64,000 nt of DNA from positions 186,001 through 250,000 of the forward strand of contig NW_027117353.1 in assembly GCF_038025025.1 (NCBI RefSeq). Reading direction: 5' to 3'. Under the pieces are notes generated by a model. That model was not told the DNA's origin. It was given only the letters and a program-made list of their open reading frames with translations, and did no database searches. The stretch comes from Phyllosticta citribraziliensis (taxonomy: Eukaryota). Every line of letters starts with the position of its first letter. Position 1 is the stretch's first letter. Position numbers and translations under genes: made by a program. Positions 49,401 to 59,757 of this stretch are shown piece after piece.

Positions 49401-52148
49401 GGTCCCGATCTCGCCTCTCCTCACACCTTCCCACAATATGAGCGCAATGCGGGTATATCTACTGAGCAGAATCCACCACGTGTCGAAGTTTCCAGACCTG
49501 GAAGCCTCAAGCGGCCACATCCAGATACGTCTCCGGGCCATTGGGACTCTTTAAAAGGTGGCCTTTCTGGTGGGTTTTCGTCCTTTGCAGGCCTTTTCAC
49601 CCCCAGATCCAAGGCACCTGCAGCACAAATCCCTACGCAGTCTGGACCAGGAACATCGGACGACAGGACTGACCTCGAACGTCCGGACAAACGCAGGCGC
49701 CTGAACACACTGGTGGTCGATGATGAGCCTCTTGCAATGGATACCGTCCCAGACGAGATTATTCCCGATCATGAGACGCCAGCCCTTACGCAAGCTGACT
49801 CGCACAATACTGCCCCTAGCTATGAGACGGAGCCGTCTGAAGATAACGAAATCGAGTTTTGGAAAAGATTATTCCCGCACATGCTTCAAGAATCGCGAAG
49901 GCGCAACGAGATTAATAAATGGCAGCACTCTTTCTGGGAAAGGCAAATGAGCAAAGCTGGCTCTGAGTCCGCGGTATTTGACGCGTGGGACAATTTCACC
50001 ACCGAGATAGGGCTTCCCCCCAAGTACAAAAACCCCTCAGATCCGAAGCATAGGGAATATCTGAAGTCCATCGACCCAAAAAGGACTGTCCCTGTGGAAC
50101 CTACGAATGACACGGAAAAGATCGGCGGCAGTGAAAGCGCGGTCTTTCCTGCTACAGACCCTCCTATCGAGGTTACCAGAGAAAAACTCTTCAGGTCAAT
50201 TCAACGATGCCGAAGGCAAAACACACTTCCTGCAGAGCAATGCGATTACTGGGAAAGTCAAGCGAACAAAGCTGACTCTATGGATGAGTTAAGGGATGTG
50301 TGGCTCAGTTATAGAATTAAAATTCCGCCCCTCGAGTACCAAAACCTCTCGAAACAGAAGTCCACGGAGAAGCCGCGACCCGTCCTCAGGGCCGCTAGCA
50401 CCAGAGAACGGATGAGGAAGATCGTAGAGGAGACTCAAATGACCGACAATAAGTCTGCGAGCTGGCTTCGAAAGTTGAACAACGCGGATACAGCAGAAGG
50501 TCTTCGTAAGTGGAAGTCCGACTTCTACAAGGACCATCCTAATTACAATCCCAAAGTCAATGATACCACTCCGTCTGGGAAGCGAGACCGCGAGGGGTGG
50601 CCTTTTAAACCATTCGTCCCATATCCTACGCCGAAAACCTCTTCGAAACCGACCTCCCAACGGACTCCTTCCGGAGTTGTTATTCGAGCTAAAGACACTT
50701 CTCGGGATTTCGCGAGGAAGGACAGACATCTTGACCCGCGAACGGCCATTGAGAGCGGAAAGAGGGGAAGTGGAACGCTTCCATTTTCCAACCGTTTCCC
50801 CCGCCGTGAGACACCAAAAGTGACCGACACATCCCAGTTCGACAGATTCCTCCTCGGCGCGCGCCAAGAGGCGAACAGGGACGGCACGCAGGACGCGTCG
50901 GGCAAGAAGCCCAGCCATGTTCCAAAGGACACCGGAAAACAGCAGAGACCGCCAGCAAAGCAACAGCCTCGCAGACGTGCCCTGAACGCGAGCAGACCGA
51001 AAAAGACGGGCGGGACTGGATCGTCGGATAGTGGCTCTGACACTGACGGACCGGAGTTTGTTGACCCGGACAAGCGCAAAGCTCCAGCGAGTGAAGATGA
51101 CGTGTGGGAGACGCCGTCGGAGGACAGCAGCAGCGGCATTTTTGGCGGGAGTGGTGAAGACGATGATGATGGCGCGAGGGATTATGATTGGGAGCCTACT
51201 ATGCCGCGTGAGATGGAAGTGGACGAGGAAGAGGGTGATGATCAAGAGAAGAAAGGGGATGAGGAAGAGGTCGATATTGAAGAAGAGACCGAAATTGAAG
51301 AAGTGACCGACACTGAAGAAGAGGAAGATAGTGATGAACAGGAGAAGGAAACGGATGATGAAGATGAAGAAGACGTGTTTACCGATATTGAGGAAGAGGA
51401 GTATGCTGAGGATGATAGAGAGGAAGAAAGGGATGGTGGCGCGAAAGACCACATCAGTATCTCCAGTAGTCGTGAGTCAAGTCCATTGAGTGAGAGTGAA
51501 AACGACAACGACGAGACTCTTTCGCGCCTGGACGTCGGCTCCAGATACCTCGGAAGCGACGACGGGGAGTACAACGATCTTTTCGAGGAGGAGGACAACG
51601 ACGAAGACGAGCCCAACAACTCCGAAAGCACCGACTACGGCTCGTCCTCGTCGTCGTCCAACTCGCCCGCCGACCGCCCCAAGCGCAGGCACTCCAGCAA
51701 CAGCTCCTCCTCCAACTCACTCTCCTCCTCCAAAATCGAAGAAAAAGAAGAGGCAGTCCCCGACGCACTCCCCTCCTACCTCAAGCTCAGCCTCCAGCGC
51801 TACATCGCCTACTGGGCCCTCCACGACGGCATCACGCCCACGCAATCCGCCGAATACACGCGGCGCCTGGCCAAGTGCAACAGCGGCGGCTACGCCGATG
51901 TCGAAGAAGACGTCATCGAGCAGCTGCTGGAGCGGCAGCTGGAGCGGCTGCGCGACGCAGATCCCGAACGGCACGCGTGGCTCGCGCAAACGTTTGCGGA
52001 CGAGTGGGTGCCGGGCGTCGGCGGCAAGCATGACTGGACGCGGTTTGTGGAGCCGCCGTGTGATACGCGGAAGGGCGGGTGTGCGGTTTGTGCGGAGAAG
52101 GTTAGAGATGGGGTTACGGTTAGTTCGTTCTATGGGGGGCCGGGGTAG
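46404..52148 (+). CDS. Giant intronless hypothetical protein (1914 aa), mostly disordered, with internal repeats, acidic tract and C-terminal Cys cluster
   Basis: 5.7-kb uninterrupted ORF; no family recognised. Confidence 0.75.
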   Translation: MSQLPDSSPEPDGDSQQPDVLHRGDMYPAYATIPAAPLPKPYGWWADIAPRLDESQRNVMPMVIKAYDHLVERQQMEMNALHAEETAMLFARVIANMDLKFNEIPKEERRERTKRTALVFWRAWGAQVDPIYKRERTWAEYDDFVHDAAFEALKYLRLSVDDFNDEYEQVLDDQWGIDNHERYEERRRRRDEEHIKQRQEYLQGIGPLQIIPGTHGQGTPLTPHGRSASIPSYTPPSPTQVHRKISNDLDAGSSSGESLSISGAPRPVKFYFGKHNEHLTTLQRDLQTGLRHEDFKTCRRLQVQEAEELRQQQKLDLAHLPQESDSKFDYAHQRMLDWHQKQKLKIRRKHLQELQVLAEAKNLDQQPKPTSTDPQTPKPSYASYSNSLRRARSLQGRSATPFSKRSRSHGPRYLEFDDDGAEIPFLHRRPLEDERMISPAVRSSASHRNTGPRRLCYERHSAPAAFTPYTPEPMIGGERIEPLNAGTLLDSRPPVPALVITKPADSAPAESGRGWGRPRRNNPSNLTTPTSAGAFPKPGQPGGGLNSGGLRPDVSIGNARSGRGPRSPGTPSPTPRIFSNDRNPEFSSSSGNFFDSAYYASVHTPDRKAAFGSLLRPSSSAAVFSDKQQPDGMSAKSPSFPKNNTERGNGPSSVSFKNKDPFAAPKPSVNGQPASFSNPPGRFPATTSRPPARPSTLNSNYQPGAMSTFPGSAYVPPTNRQTPKSVLRTKPLDNIESRTNGLGAGPDGPFSPRASPGIASYDAPLVGSDSHPDDLYASPDSPFSPRTSRGTASHNEDRLIESDSDQNDLSARPRTTRFLARPSLRTTSRNETMEHDVDGLAHSRTPKEIELPRNMLVASRNTLSDNLNAYDGYDGFRNFRPLPAAPERSNVPRRRLMATTRTPFQTETPSASFNAYGGRNGFRDLRPSSAAPEKSIVPRSRFSATPRIPPQHEPPSAGFNAYGGRNGIRDLGPSSAAPEKSHVPPPRHTPRRSRSRTIPGPDLASPHTFPQYERNAGISTEQNPPRVEVSRPGSLKRPHPDTSPGHWDSLKGGLSGGFSSFAGLFTPRSKAPAAQIPTQSGPGTSDDRTDLERPDKRRRLNTLVVDDEPLAMDTVPDEIIPDHETPALTQADSHNTAPSYETEPSEDNEIEFWKRLFPHMLQESRRRNEINKWQHSFWERQMSKAGSESAVFDAWDNFTTEIGLPPKYKNPSDPKHREYLKSIDPKRTVPVEPTNDTEKIGGSESAVFPATDPPIEVTREKLFRSIQRCRRQNTLPAEQCDYWESQANKADSMDELRDVWLSYRIKIPPLEYQNLSKQKSTEKPRPVLRAASTRERMRKIVEETQMTDNKSASWLRKLNNADTAEGLRKWKSDFYKDHPNYNPKVNDTTPSGKRDREGWPFKPFVPYPTPKTSSKPTSQRTPSGVVIRAKDTSRDFARKDRHLDPRTAIESGKRGSGTLPFSNRFPRRETPKVTDTSQFDRFLLGARQEANRDGTQDASGKKPSHVPKDTGKQQRPPAKQQPRRRALNASRPKKTGGTGSSDSGSDTDGPEFVDPDKRKAPASEDDVWETPSEDSSSGIFGGSGEDDDDGARDYDWEPTMPREMEVDEEEGDDQEKKGDEEEVDIEEETEIEEVTDTEEEEDSDEQEKETDDEDEEDVFTDIEEEEYAEDDREEERDGGAKDHISISSSRESSPLSESENDNDETLSRLDVGSRYLGSDDGEYNDLFEEEDNDEDEPNNSESTDYGSSSSSSNSPADRPKRRHSSNSSSSNSLSSSKIEEKEEAVPDALPSYLKLSLQRYIAYWALHDGITPTQSAEYTRRLAKCNSGGYADVEEDVIEQLLERQLERLRDADPERHAWLAQTFADEWVPGVGGKHDWTRFVEPPCDTRKGGCAVCAEKVRDGVTVSSFYGGPG
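49005..49360 (+). repeat. Intragenic tandem repeat, 138-nt (46-aa) period, about 2.6 copies
   Basis: NAY(D/G)G..G(F/I)R..RP..AAPE(R/K)S.VP units start at 49005, 49143 and 49281. Confidence 0.9.
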
Positions 52149-53145
52149 TGGGTGGTTGGTAAGGGGGTGGATGGGAGGGGAATGAGGGGGTAAAGGACTT
52201 AGGTCGGTCTCTTTTGTTGCCCGTGTTTGGCTTTGGGTTTATTTACCGCCAGTGCCACTTTAATAATGAAGCTTTGCCGTTGAATTTGACTTGCCGCTCG
52301 CAAACATAGCTACAGTGTATCTGCAACAAGATAAAGGTGCTGTGACCAAACTATGAGAGAATAGTCAATTTCATGCGTAATCGAAGAACCACTGCTGTTG
52401 TGGAGACGGGGTAACCTCCGTAGCCGAAGGACAGTGTCTTGCGTCTTTGCGTTAGCCATCTGTTGTAGACAATCCAAAGGAAGAGAGAAAGTATTTTAGA
52501 GCATAAATCAAAGACATAACCTCATCCTCACTGTCCCTGTTATGTACCTTTAACTATCCTCCTCCTCCTCATCGTCCATCACCGCACGTACCACCCTACG
52601 CACGCACGCACCAGCAAAAAGGAAAAGAGAAAAAATCTGCAAAACGTACAACAGCCGGGATTCGCTGCTGGTCACCCACGCAACTACTAATCGGCCGCAA
52701 GGTAGCTTATCTATGGAAGAGCGGACGGGATTCCGAGTTTTCTACCTGCTATGGTCGTACGTGACGATCGATGTTACTTCTACGCTCTATGTACTGGACG
52801 CTTTTGGCAAGTTAACGCACGGAGCAAAGTGGATGCAGATTCGATGAATTTTGAGACGATTCATGTACATACAGTGAGCGAGAAAAGAAAAGAAAATGAA
52901 AGAGGCGGGTGGAGTAGAGGGATTGCAGAACTGCAATATCGCCCTTCCTTTGCGCCAATTCGCGTCGTGGAACGCCAAAGCGGACGGGCCCGGGTCGTGA
53001 TTTGCCCAATTAAGGCGACATGCAAACGAGCAGTGACGAGCAGAAAGGGGAAAGAAGAAATAAAAGAAAGCAGAAAAGACTTCATAACAGCGTAGACAGG
53101 CACCGCACCGGGTCAGTCTACTCACCGAAAACCCCCACCGCGCAG

Positions 53146-55182
53146 CTACTTTCCACCATTCTTCTCAGCCGCCGCCGCCGCCTTGTCCTCGGGATTCAGT
53201 GGGTTGTTGACATCGTAACCCAGGCCCTTGACAATGCCCAATCCTTTGGTCCTGCCCTCCCTGAACAGGATGCGCTCGCCAACCGTCAGGTACTCCGGGC
53301 GCTGTACGAATCGGAACGCGACGGTGGCGCGGTCGCCCGTTCGGATGTAGGAGCGGTCAATGTCGATGATGGCGCACGTCTGGCTGACAGGGCCGACGTG
53401 TAGCATCGCCTGGTACTTGGTCTTGATGGTCGTTGCGTGCGACAAGATGAGCACCTCGGCAGTGAACTCGCGATACACCTTGGGCTGCGGGGCGGCTGGG
53501 TCCACACGCGGCAGGACGACCATGCCTTTGCGCACATCTTTGCGGCGGACGTTGCGCAGCGCGAGTGAAGCCGATTGTCCCGCTGCGCAGCCGGGCACGG
53601 GGATGCGTTTTCGCTCGATGGAGCGCACTTTGGTTGTGATGAACTGCCCGAGCGAGTCGGGTCCAATGAGCACCGTATCGCCCGAATGCAAGAAACCGGA
53701 TTTGACGACGCCAGAGACCACGGTCCCGACAAAGGGGACGCTGAACGTGTCATTCACATGGAACTCAAAAGGCGCGTCAACGTCGTAGTTGCCGTGATGC
53801 GGGATGATGTTGAGAAACGTGCGGACGAGGTCAACGCTTTCGCCAGTGACGTTGGAAACTTGGAAGATGGGACAAATGCGCCGACTGACGAATTGAGTGG
53901 CTGTGTTAATGCAGGTCTCACGGTCCTTGATGAAGATGGGTATTTTGCGGGCTCCAGGGGATTTGAGAATTTTGGTCAGTTGTGTTATCGTCTCTTGGAG
54001 AATGTTTGGCGGGCAAATGTCGATTTTGGTGATGATAACCATGATTGGGACATTGAGGGCCACAGCGATTCCCAGGTGCTCTCTACACATTTGTTAGCAG
54101 TCGAAATACCATCAACAAGTAGTGACCGTACTTGGACATTCCAATGAGACCGTTATTCGCAGCTACCATGAGGAGACAGTAGTTTGGCTCACTGCTCAGC
54201 ATACCAAAGACAGTCGTCCTCAGGTATTTTTCGTGGCCAGCCAAATCGGTGAAGCTAATGACTTTGGCCTACGGATGAAATGTCAGAGACCGTTTCCAAG
54301 CACAGAACGACCTCACTTACTGATCTTCGGCCAATCTCCTCCCACGACAGTTTCCGGCCGGGGACAGTTGACGACACCACCTCACCCTTGCTGTCGAAGC
54401 CCATGATTTCCATACCAACAGAGCTAGTCCGGCCACTCTCAATCTCATGTTTGTGGCGGAATAGATTCACGCGCATCTTTCCTCTGCCGTCGTCGAGCCC
54501 GCCCTTGACGAGGACACCCAGCATGGTTGATTTTCCAGCATCGACATTGCCGACAACGGCAATCCTCGTTTCAATGACGTCGTCGACACTCTCCGGACGT
54601 CGCCGTATGATAAGCTTCCCACTGACACTCGTGTCTTTTGTATTGAGCGGTCCAACCTCGTTGTTGCCGCCCACATTTCGGGTCATTAATAACCGCGAGT
54701 CGGCATTGACGTCTGCCGCCGCTTTTGTCACCCGCTCGAGTGCAAAGTCCCAGTCCTCGCGCGTGAATCCCATGGGATCACCATTGTCCTCGAGGCCGAG
54801 ATCAAACAGCGCCTCGCCATGGCCTTCGGTCAAGCGGCCGTTGAGGTAGTTGGACAGTTGTGCAATGCTTTCGTCGGCCGTATCGGCGTCGCGGTCAAGC
54901 AGGACGTGCTTGAGCTTGACGGAGCTCGACTCGTCGGCAAGACCGAGCTGGTCGAGAATCTCTAGTTCCTCGTGCTCCTCGTGCGCGGCCGGTTTCGAGG
55001 TGGATGCGGAGCTCTCATTCTTGCCACGCTTGGCTTGTTGTTTCTGGACGTACTCGGCGAAGTCGCTCAGTGCCTGGAAACAACGTTAATTGGTCTGTTC
55101 GGGTGGTTTGTCCGCGAGAGCTTACGGATTCGCCTTTGCGCCTGTCCTGAGGCGCCAACTTCTCTGCCCGTGTGGGGCCCAT
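53146..55182 (-). CDS. GTPBP1: GTP-binding protein 1 (GTPBP1 translational GTPase), 4 exons
   Basis: [39 protein letters not shown] and EF-Tu-like domains II/III ([20 protein letters not shown]). Confidence 0.93.
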
Positions 55183-55704
55183 GGCTGCTTATATTCGGTA
55201 GGGGGCGGTTGTTTTGGTCGGTCGTATTATGCGAGTAGCAATGAGGACGGACCAAGCAAAGTCCATGGAAGGGATGCCGGTATACGCTGTCATTGAATGT
55301 TGGATGAAAGACCGTCGACGACGAAGGGCGTTGCCAGTGGGGAGGTTGCGCACCACCGGGAGAAGCGGTCACCTTTTATGGTCGAGTCGTGAGTGACTGG
55401 TATGACGCATCTATCCAAGGAGTAGCCGTTTGACCAAGGTCCAACCGATAGAAGCGCTGCGCCGCCGCCAAAGTCCAGTCATGAGAATTGAGTCAATGGT
55501 CGAAACTTGGGGCCAAAAGGGCGCCCGTTGCCTTCTTTGCTCCACTGCCGTGGCTCGCGGTCTGGAAAGCTACCCGAGTCATTGAGGCCCGTCTCGGAGC
55601 CTGGCCAACGACGGTCCGATTCATGCGCGCATCCACATCACGTCGCGTCCTCCACCACGCGTAAAGCACCTCTACTACCACCTCTGCACTCAACACTCGT
55701 CAAA

Positions 55705-56156
55705 ATGGCCGAAGCAACCCCCCGAATCAACGCCCAATACCTCGAAAACTTCAAGCACCAGACTGTGCGCATCCTGGGCAAGGTGACGCAGCTGCGCGGC
55801 GAGGAGGCAACCATTGACGCCAGCGGGCCCATCAACTTGCACCTGAACAGAGTACGCCCCACACCTCACAGATCGACCTAAGGGTTGAAAGGGACGTTAT
55901 GGACTGACGGCGCATCAGGATGCCCATTTGACGCCGAACAACGCGGCCGAGGTCATCGGCAAGGTCAACGCCGACCTGAGCGTCAAGGTGCTGACGTCGA
56001 CCGACTTTGGATCCAACATCGGTGCGTCCTGAGACCCCACACGTCACGACCTCCCAGCGACTGCATGACGACTGATAAAGGACAGACTTTACGGCGGTGG
56101 AGGCCGTGGTCGATGCCACTCACAAACATAGGGAGATATTCTACGGCGAGGAATAG
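55705..56156 (+). CDS. RFA3: Replication protein A small subunit (RPA14/Ssb3), 3 exons
   Basis: Spliced product MAEATPRINAQYL..TVRILGKV..|..EVIGKVNADLSVKVLTSTDFGSNI|DFTAVEAVVDATHKHREIF. ACGCGT at 55657-55662 upstream. Confidence 0.9.
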
Positions 56157-56562
56157 GGATTCGAAATGAGGCACGCAAAACACCATAAAAGATACCACAA
56201 TCTCAGCAATGGATAACGGGATTTTATTATCAAGGGATTCCCAAACACTGGCCAAGTCAGGGTAAAAGGAAGAAGGACTCGTCTTCAAAGGAGCGGCAAC
56301 GCGGATAAGCCTGAGGCGACGGTGCAGACGACGCATTGCAAGTCATTGCTGTTCTCTAAGTAAAAATCCGACAAATGCAAAAAGTTCAACAAACCCCCAT
56401 CCCGCCGCAGACTTAAAAGCGACCCTACCCTGTCAACGAGTCGTTGCACGCAAAAACGCCGCGCTAAAACTGACCAACGCCCTTACCCAAAAATAATGAA
56501 TGATGCCGTTTCAAGCAAAAAAAGGATGGCGCTTTTGAAGCCACTGATGCATATGCACACGT

Positions 56563-59426
56563 CTAGAGTTTACTCCGCACAGCCTCAAGCCTGAAACGGA
56601 TGTCCTTGAGTGGCTTCGTGATAGGCTTCCAGCTCTCGAACAGGGCGAGCAAGTCCTCGACCTCGCTGCTCAGTTCTTTGCGCACAAAATCTTCTTCCAG
56701 CAGCCCGCGCATGGCCCAGGGAAGGAAATAGGGGTTGCTGCCAACCGTGCCGACGCTACATCGACGTTAGCAAATTTCCAAGATAAAGACCTTGATTGGC
56801 CAAGAGCGAGGCGGATCTCACCCATCATAGTCCTTGACGATTAAGCTGGGATTTGTGTTCGCTGGCAGGCTTGTCGTATGCAATGCGTGTTGCACTGCTA
56901 ATGCGTAGACGTTTGGGTCGTCGTAGATGCGGCTGTGACCCTCGCCCGAGTATAAACTGCCAGCCAACGCGGGCGATAGTTCTCGAATGAGCCCATGGTC
57001 TGGCAACCCGAGGTTGCGCAGCTTGAGCACGAAGCCTACGAGATGCGTTATGAAGTCGGGTGCATGGATGCGGCCGTCGACAAAGACAGCACGGTATATG
57101 TAAGGATGTGATATGTTGGAAAAGGTCGAGGACTGCGAGTGCGAGATGGTCAGAATTTGGAACAGACGGATGAATAGGCTTGAAGGGCACTCACTTCGAG
57201 AGACACAAGCTGGTCGTCGATACTTCCAACATACACTATCCTCACTCCATAATTCAACACCACCCTCAACGCACCCTGATACTTCTGCGAGACGGTGCTG
57301 TTCGGCCTCGAAAACTCAAATAGCTCGCCCGCCGATCCGCCGAAGAAGCGGCTCCTGTACTCTGGAAAAGGTCCCAGATTGACGCCAGCCATGGCACAAA
57401 CTCCGATTCGCGCCGCGTTGACGCAACCAAATTGGATCAGCTTCGCCACTAGCATGATTGCCACGGGCACGCCCTGTGAGTGACACGCAACGAGGATGAA
57501 ATCTGCGTGGCGAATGTGATCAATCCAGTTTAGGAGAAGCTTCCAGAGTGTGTCTACCCTGTCACCGACGAAGCCCTCTCCTTCCAAAGCTATCTTTTCC
57601 GTCTCGCAGCGGTAACCTTGGCTCAAGGTCCATCGCTCGACTGCCTCGGCTGCAGCATTGGCGAAGCGGATCGATGTGCCCGTAGGCGGCCCAAGGACTC
57701 TTTGCAGAATGGCCGCCGGAAAGTAACCGTGGATTCCAATTGCGAGAGCTTTGCGAACCTTCGGAGGCTCCTTTGCAATGTGAAGGTGTGGGGACTCGGG
57801 CTCGTGGCCTCCTAGAAAATAATGCCGGATTTTGTCCCAATAACTAGGCGCGGCTGCCATTCGATAAGTGGATTTGAATTCGGGTAAAAGAAGATTGGGA
57901 TTTGCTTGTGCTTGTGGTTGAGCTTTTTGAGTTTGCTTTTTGGTGGTTGGCGAGGCCTCAGTGGCCTTTTGCTCTGCCTTTGGCTCGTCGCCAGGTTTTG
58001 GAGTTGTATTTGCGCTTTCGGGCTGAATCGCTTTGACGGGTGTCTCTGGTCTAGAATCTATTTGTTTGGATTTACCACGGCCTCGGCCTCGGAGCGAGCC
58101 ACGAATGGATTTTAATGCAGTCTGTTTCGGCTCTTTGGGAGGTTCATCTCGATGTTCGTTGAACTGAGCTGCCTCCGGATGTGATTGCGAAGGAGTATCC
58201 GCTACGGCCAACTCCCCTATCTGCTTGTGCGTTGAAGCCGCATCTGACTGGTCAAAATCTTTTGGTTGCGAACGAGACCAAAATGCCCAACCCGCCGACT
58301 TTTTGGGCGGCTCTTGATGAATAGGCTTATCTTCATCTGGAGGCTCCTGTGTAGACTCCTGGACGGGTTCTTGCGTTTCCCGTGTTTCCTGCGTTGGCTC
58401 CTGTCCCGTCTGTTCTGCGCTGTCTGCGTTTTCATTAACCTCCGGCGTATCCTTGGGCGGCTCCACAGCCGGTTCCGGGGCCTCGGGTGATTGTTCTGCA
58501 TTCTGTTGGCTACTCCATAACCAGAACCAACTCTTGCTCGTAGTTCCCCTCTGGTGGCCTTTGCTGACATTCTTTGTTGACTCGCCATCAAGCTTGGCTG
58601 GAACATCCTTGCCCACTTCCTCCATTTGCTTGGGTGGGTCTGGTGTCTCGTCGATCGGTGTCACTCCTGGTAAAGATGTTGCTTTTGCTGCCTCGATCTC
58701 GGCCCCGTTTGCCTCTTCTGCCGTCTTGACATCTTTCGCATCGGGATACCCATCGGGTCGCGACCACCATCCATACCACCCTTTTACCGACGACATGTAG
58801 GAGCTTGCTCTGTTTCCAGACAACTGTTGCGTCTGTTCCGGAACGTCGGCGGCAGTCTGCGCCAATTTGTCGTCTTCTTTGACGGGATCTGGAGGCAAAG
58901 GCGGGTCGACATCACGGCCGCTCATGGTATCCTTTGGCTCGGAGGCTAAGCTGGTGCTGGAATCATTTGGACGATCTGAAATTGCGTGTATCTTGGTCGT
59001 GGACGCAGCGATTGCGGTTGACTTGCTCGAGTTCCTCCTATTGCTGGACAATAATCTGGCTGGGGTGCTCGGACCGCTCTCCTGATTCCCTGCCTCGCTA
59101 GAGTCGGAGGTCACTCCTCCAGCAGCCGACGATATGCTCTCTTTGGCCACTTGAGCGATGGGTGCTGCCTTTACCCTCCACGTCCCGGTGCTGTACCAGC
59201 TCTTCCGCGGGGCAAGGCCGGGAGTCGGGCTACTTTCGGATTGTGCAGCGGCGGGGTCTGTCGGTTTTGAGTTGGCCTTCGTTTCGACATTTGTCAGTTG
59301 CCGTGCAGGTGAGGATTGCTCGGCGTCGATATGATCGGAGGCCTGGGGGGCTGGCGTGCCTGGCGCAGAGGCATCGTCGGGCGCGGGCCCCGTGGTGCTT
59401 TGTTTGACCTTCTTGCGGGGCCCCAT
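56563..59426 (-). CDS. YML020W-like uncharacterised alpha/beta-hydrolase-fold protein, 3 exons, C-terminal SKL
   Basis: AIGIHGYFP..LGPPTGTSIRFA, KIALEGEG, ACHSQGVPV, GSIDDQLVSLE|SS, GEGHSRIYDD, NPYFLPWAMRGLL. Introns 57194-57133 and 56821-56756. Alternative upstream ATG at 59486. Confidence 0.8.
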
Positions 59427-59757
59427 AGGAAGACGATCGTAGACGCGTTTGAGGAGATTCGAGCGGCGGATAGGTTCTGTCGGCATGCGAGGAAATAATG
59501 GCGAGGTAGCACTGGGGAGTGGTGCAAGATGACCGCGACTGCGTCATAGGTTGGAGGCCAGGAAGCCCACCTCAGGGCTCCGCCGCGGCTGGGTGCCACA
59601 CTGGCGTCTAGAGGCCCGTGCCGCATATCCCTGGCCCCGCTTCCGGGTGGAGACTTGGCGCTCCGCCGTTTGAACTTTTTGTCGCGCGGCCCCGTGCATC
59701 TGCCAAAAGTTTCTACGGGACTGTCGCCTGCCCTCTCAACACCGTCACGTCGCAGCC

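Noticed and set aside
50289..51452. 387-aa hydrophobic minus-strand ORF
   Set aside because: Phe/Ile/Leu richness is the antisense reading of the Glu/Asp tract.
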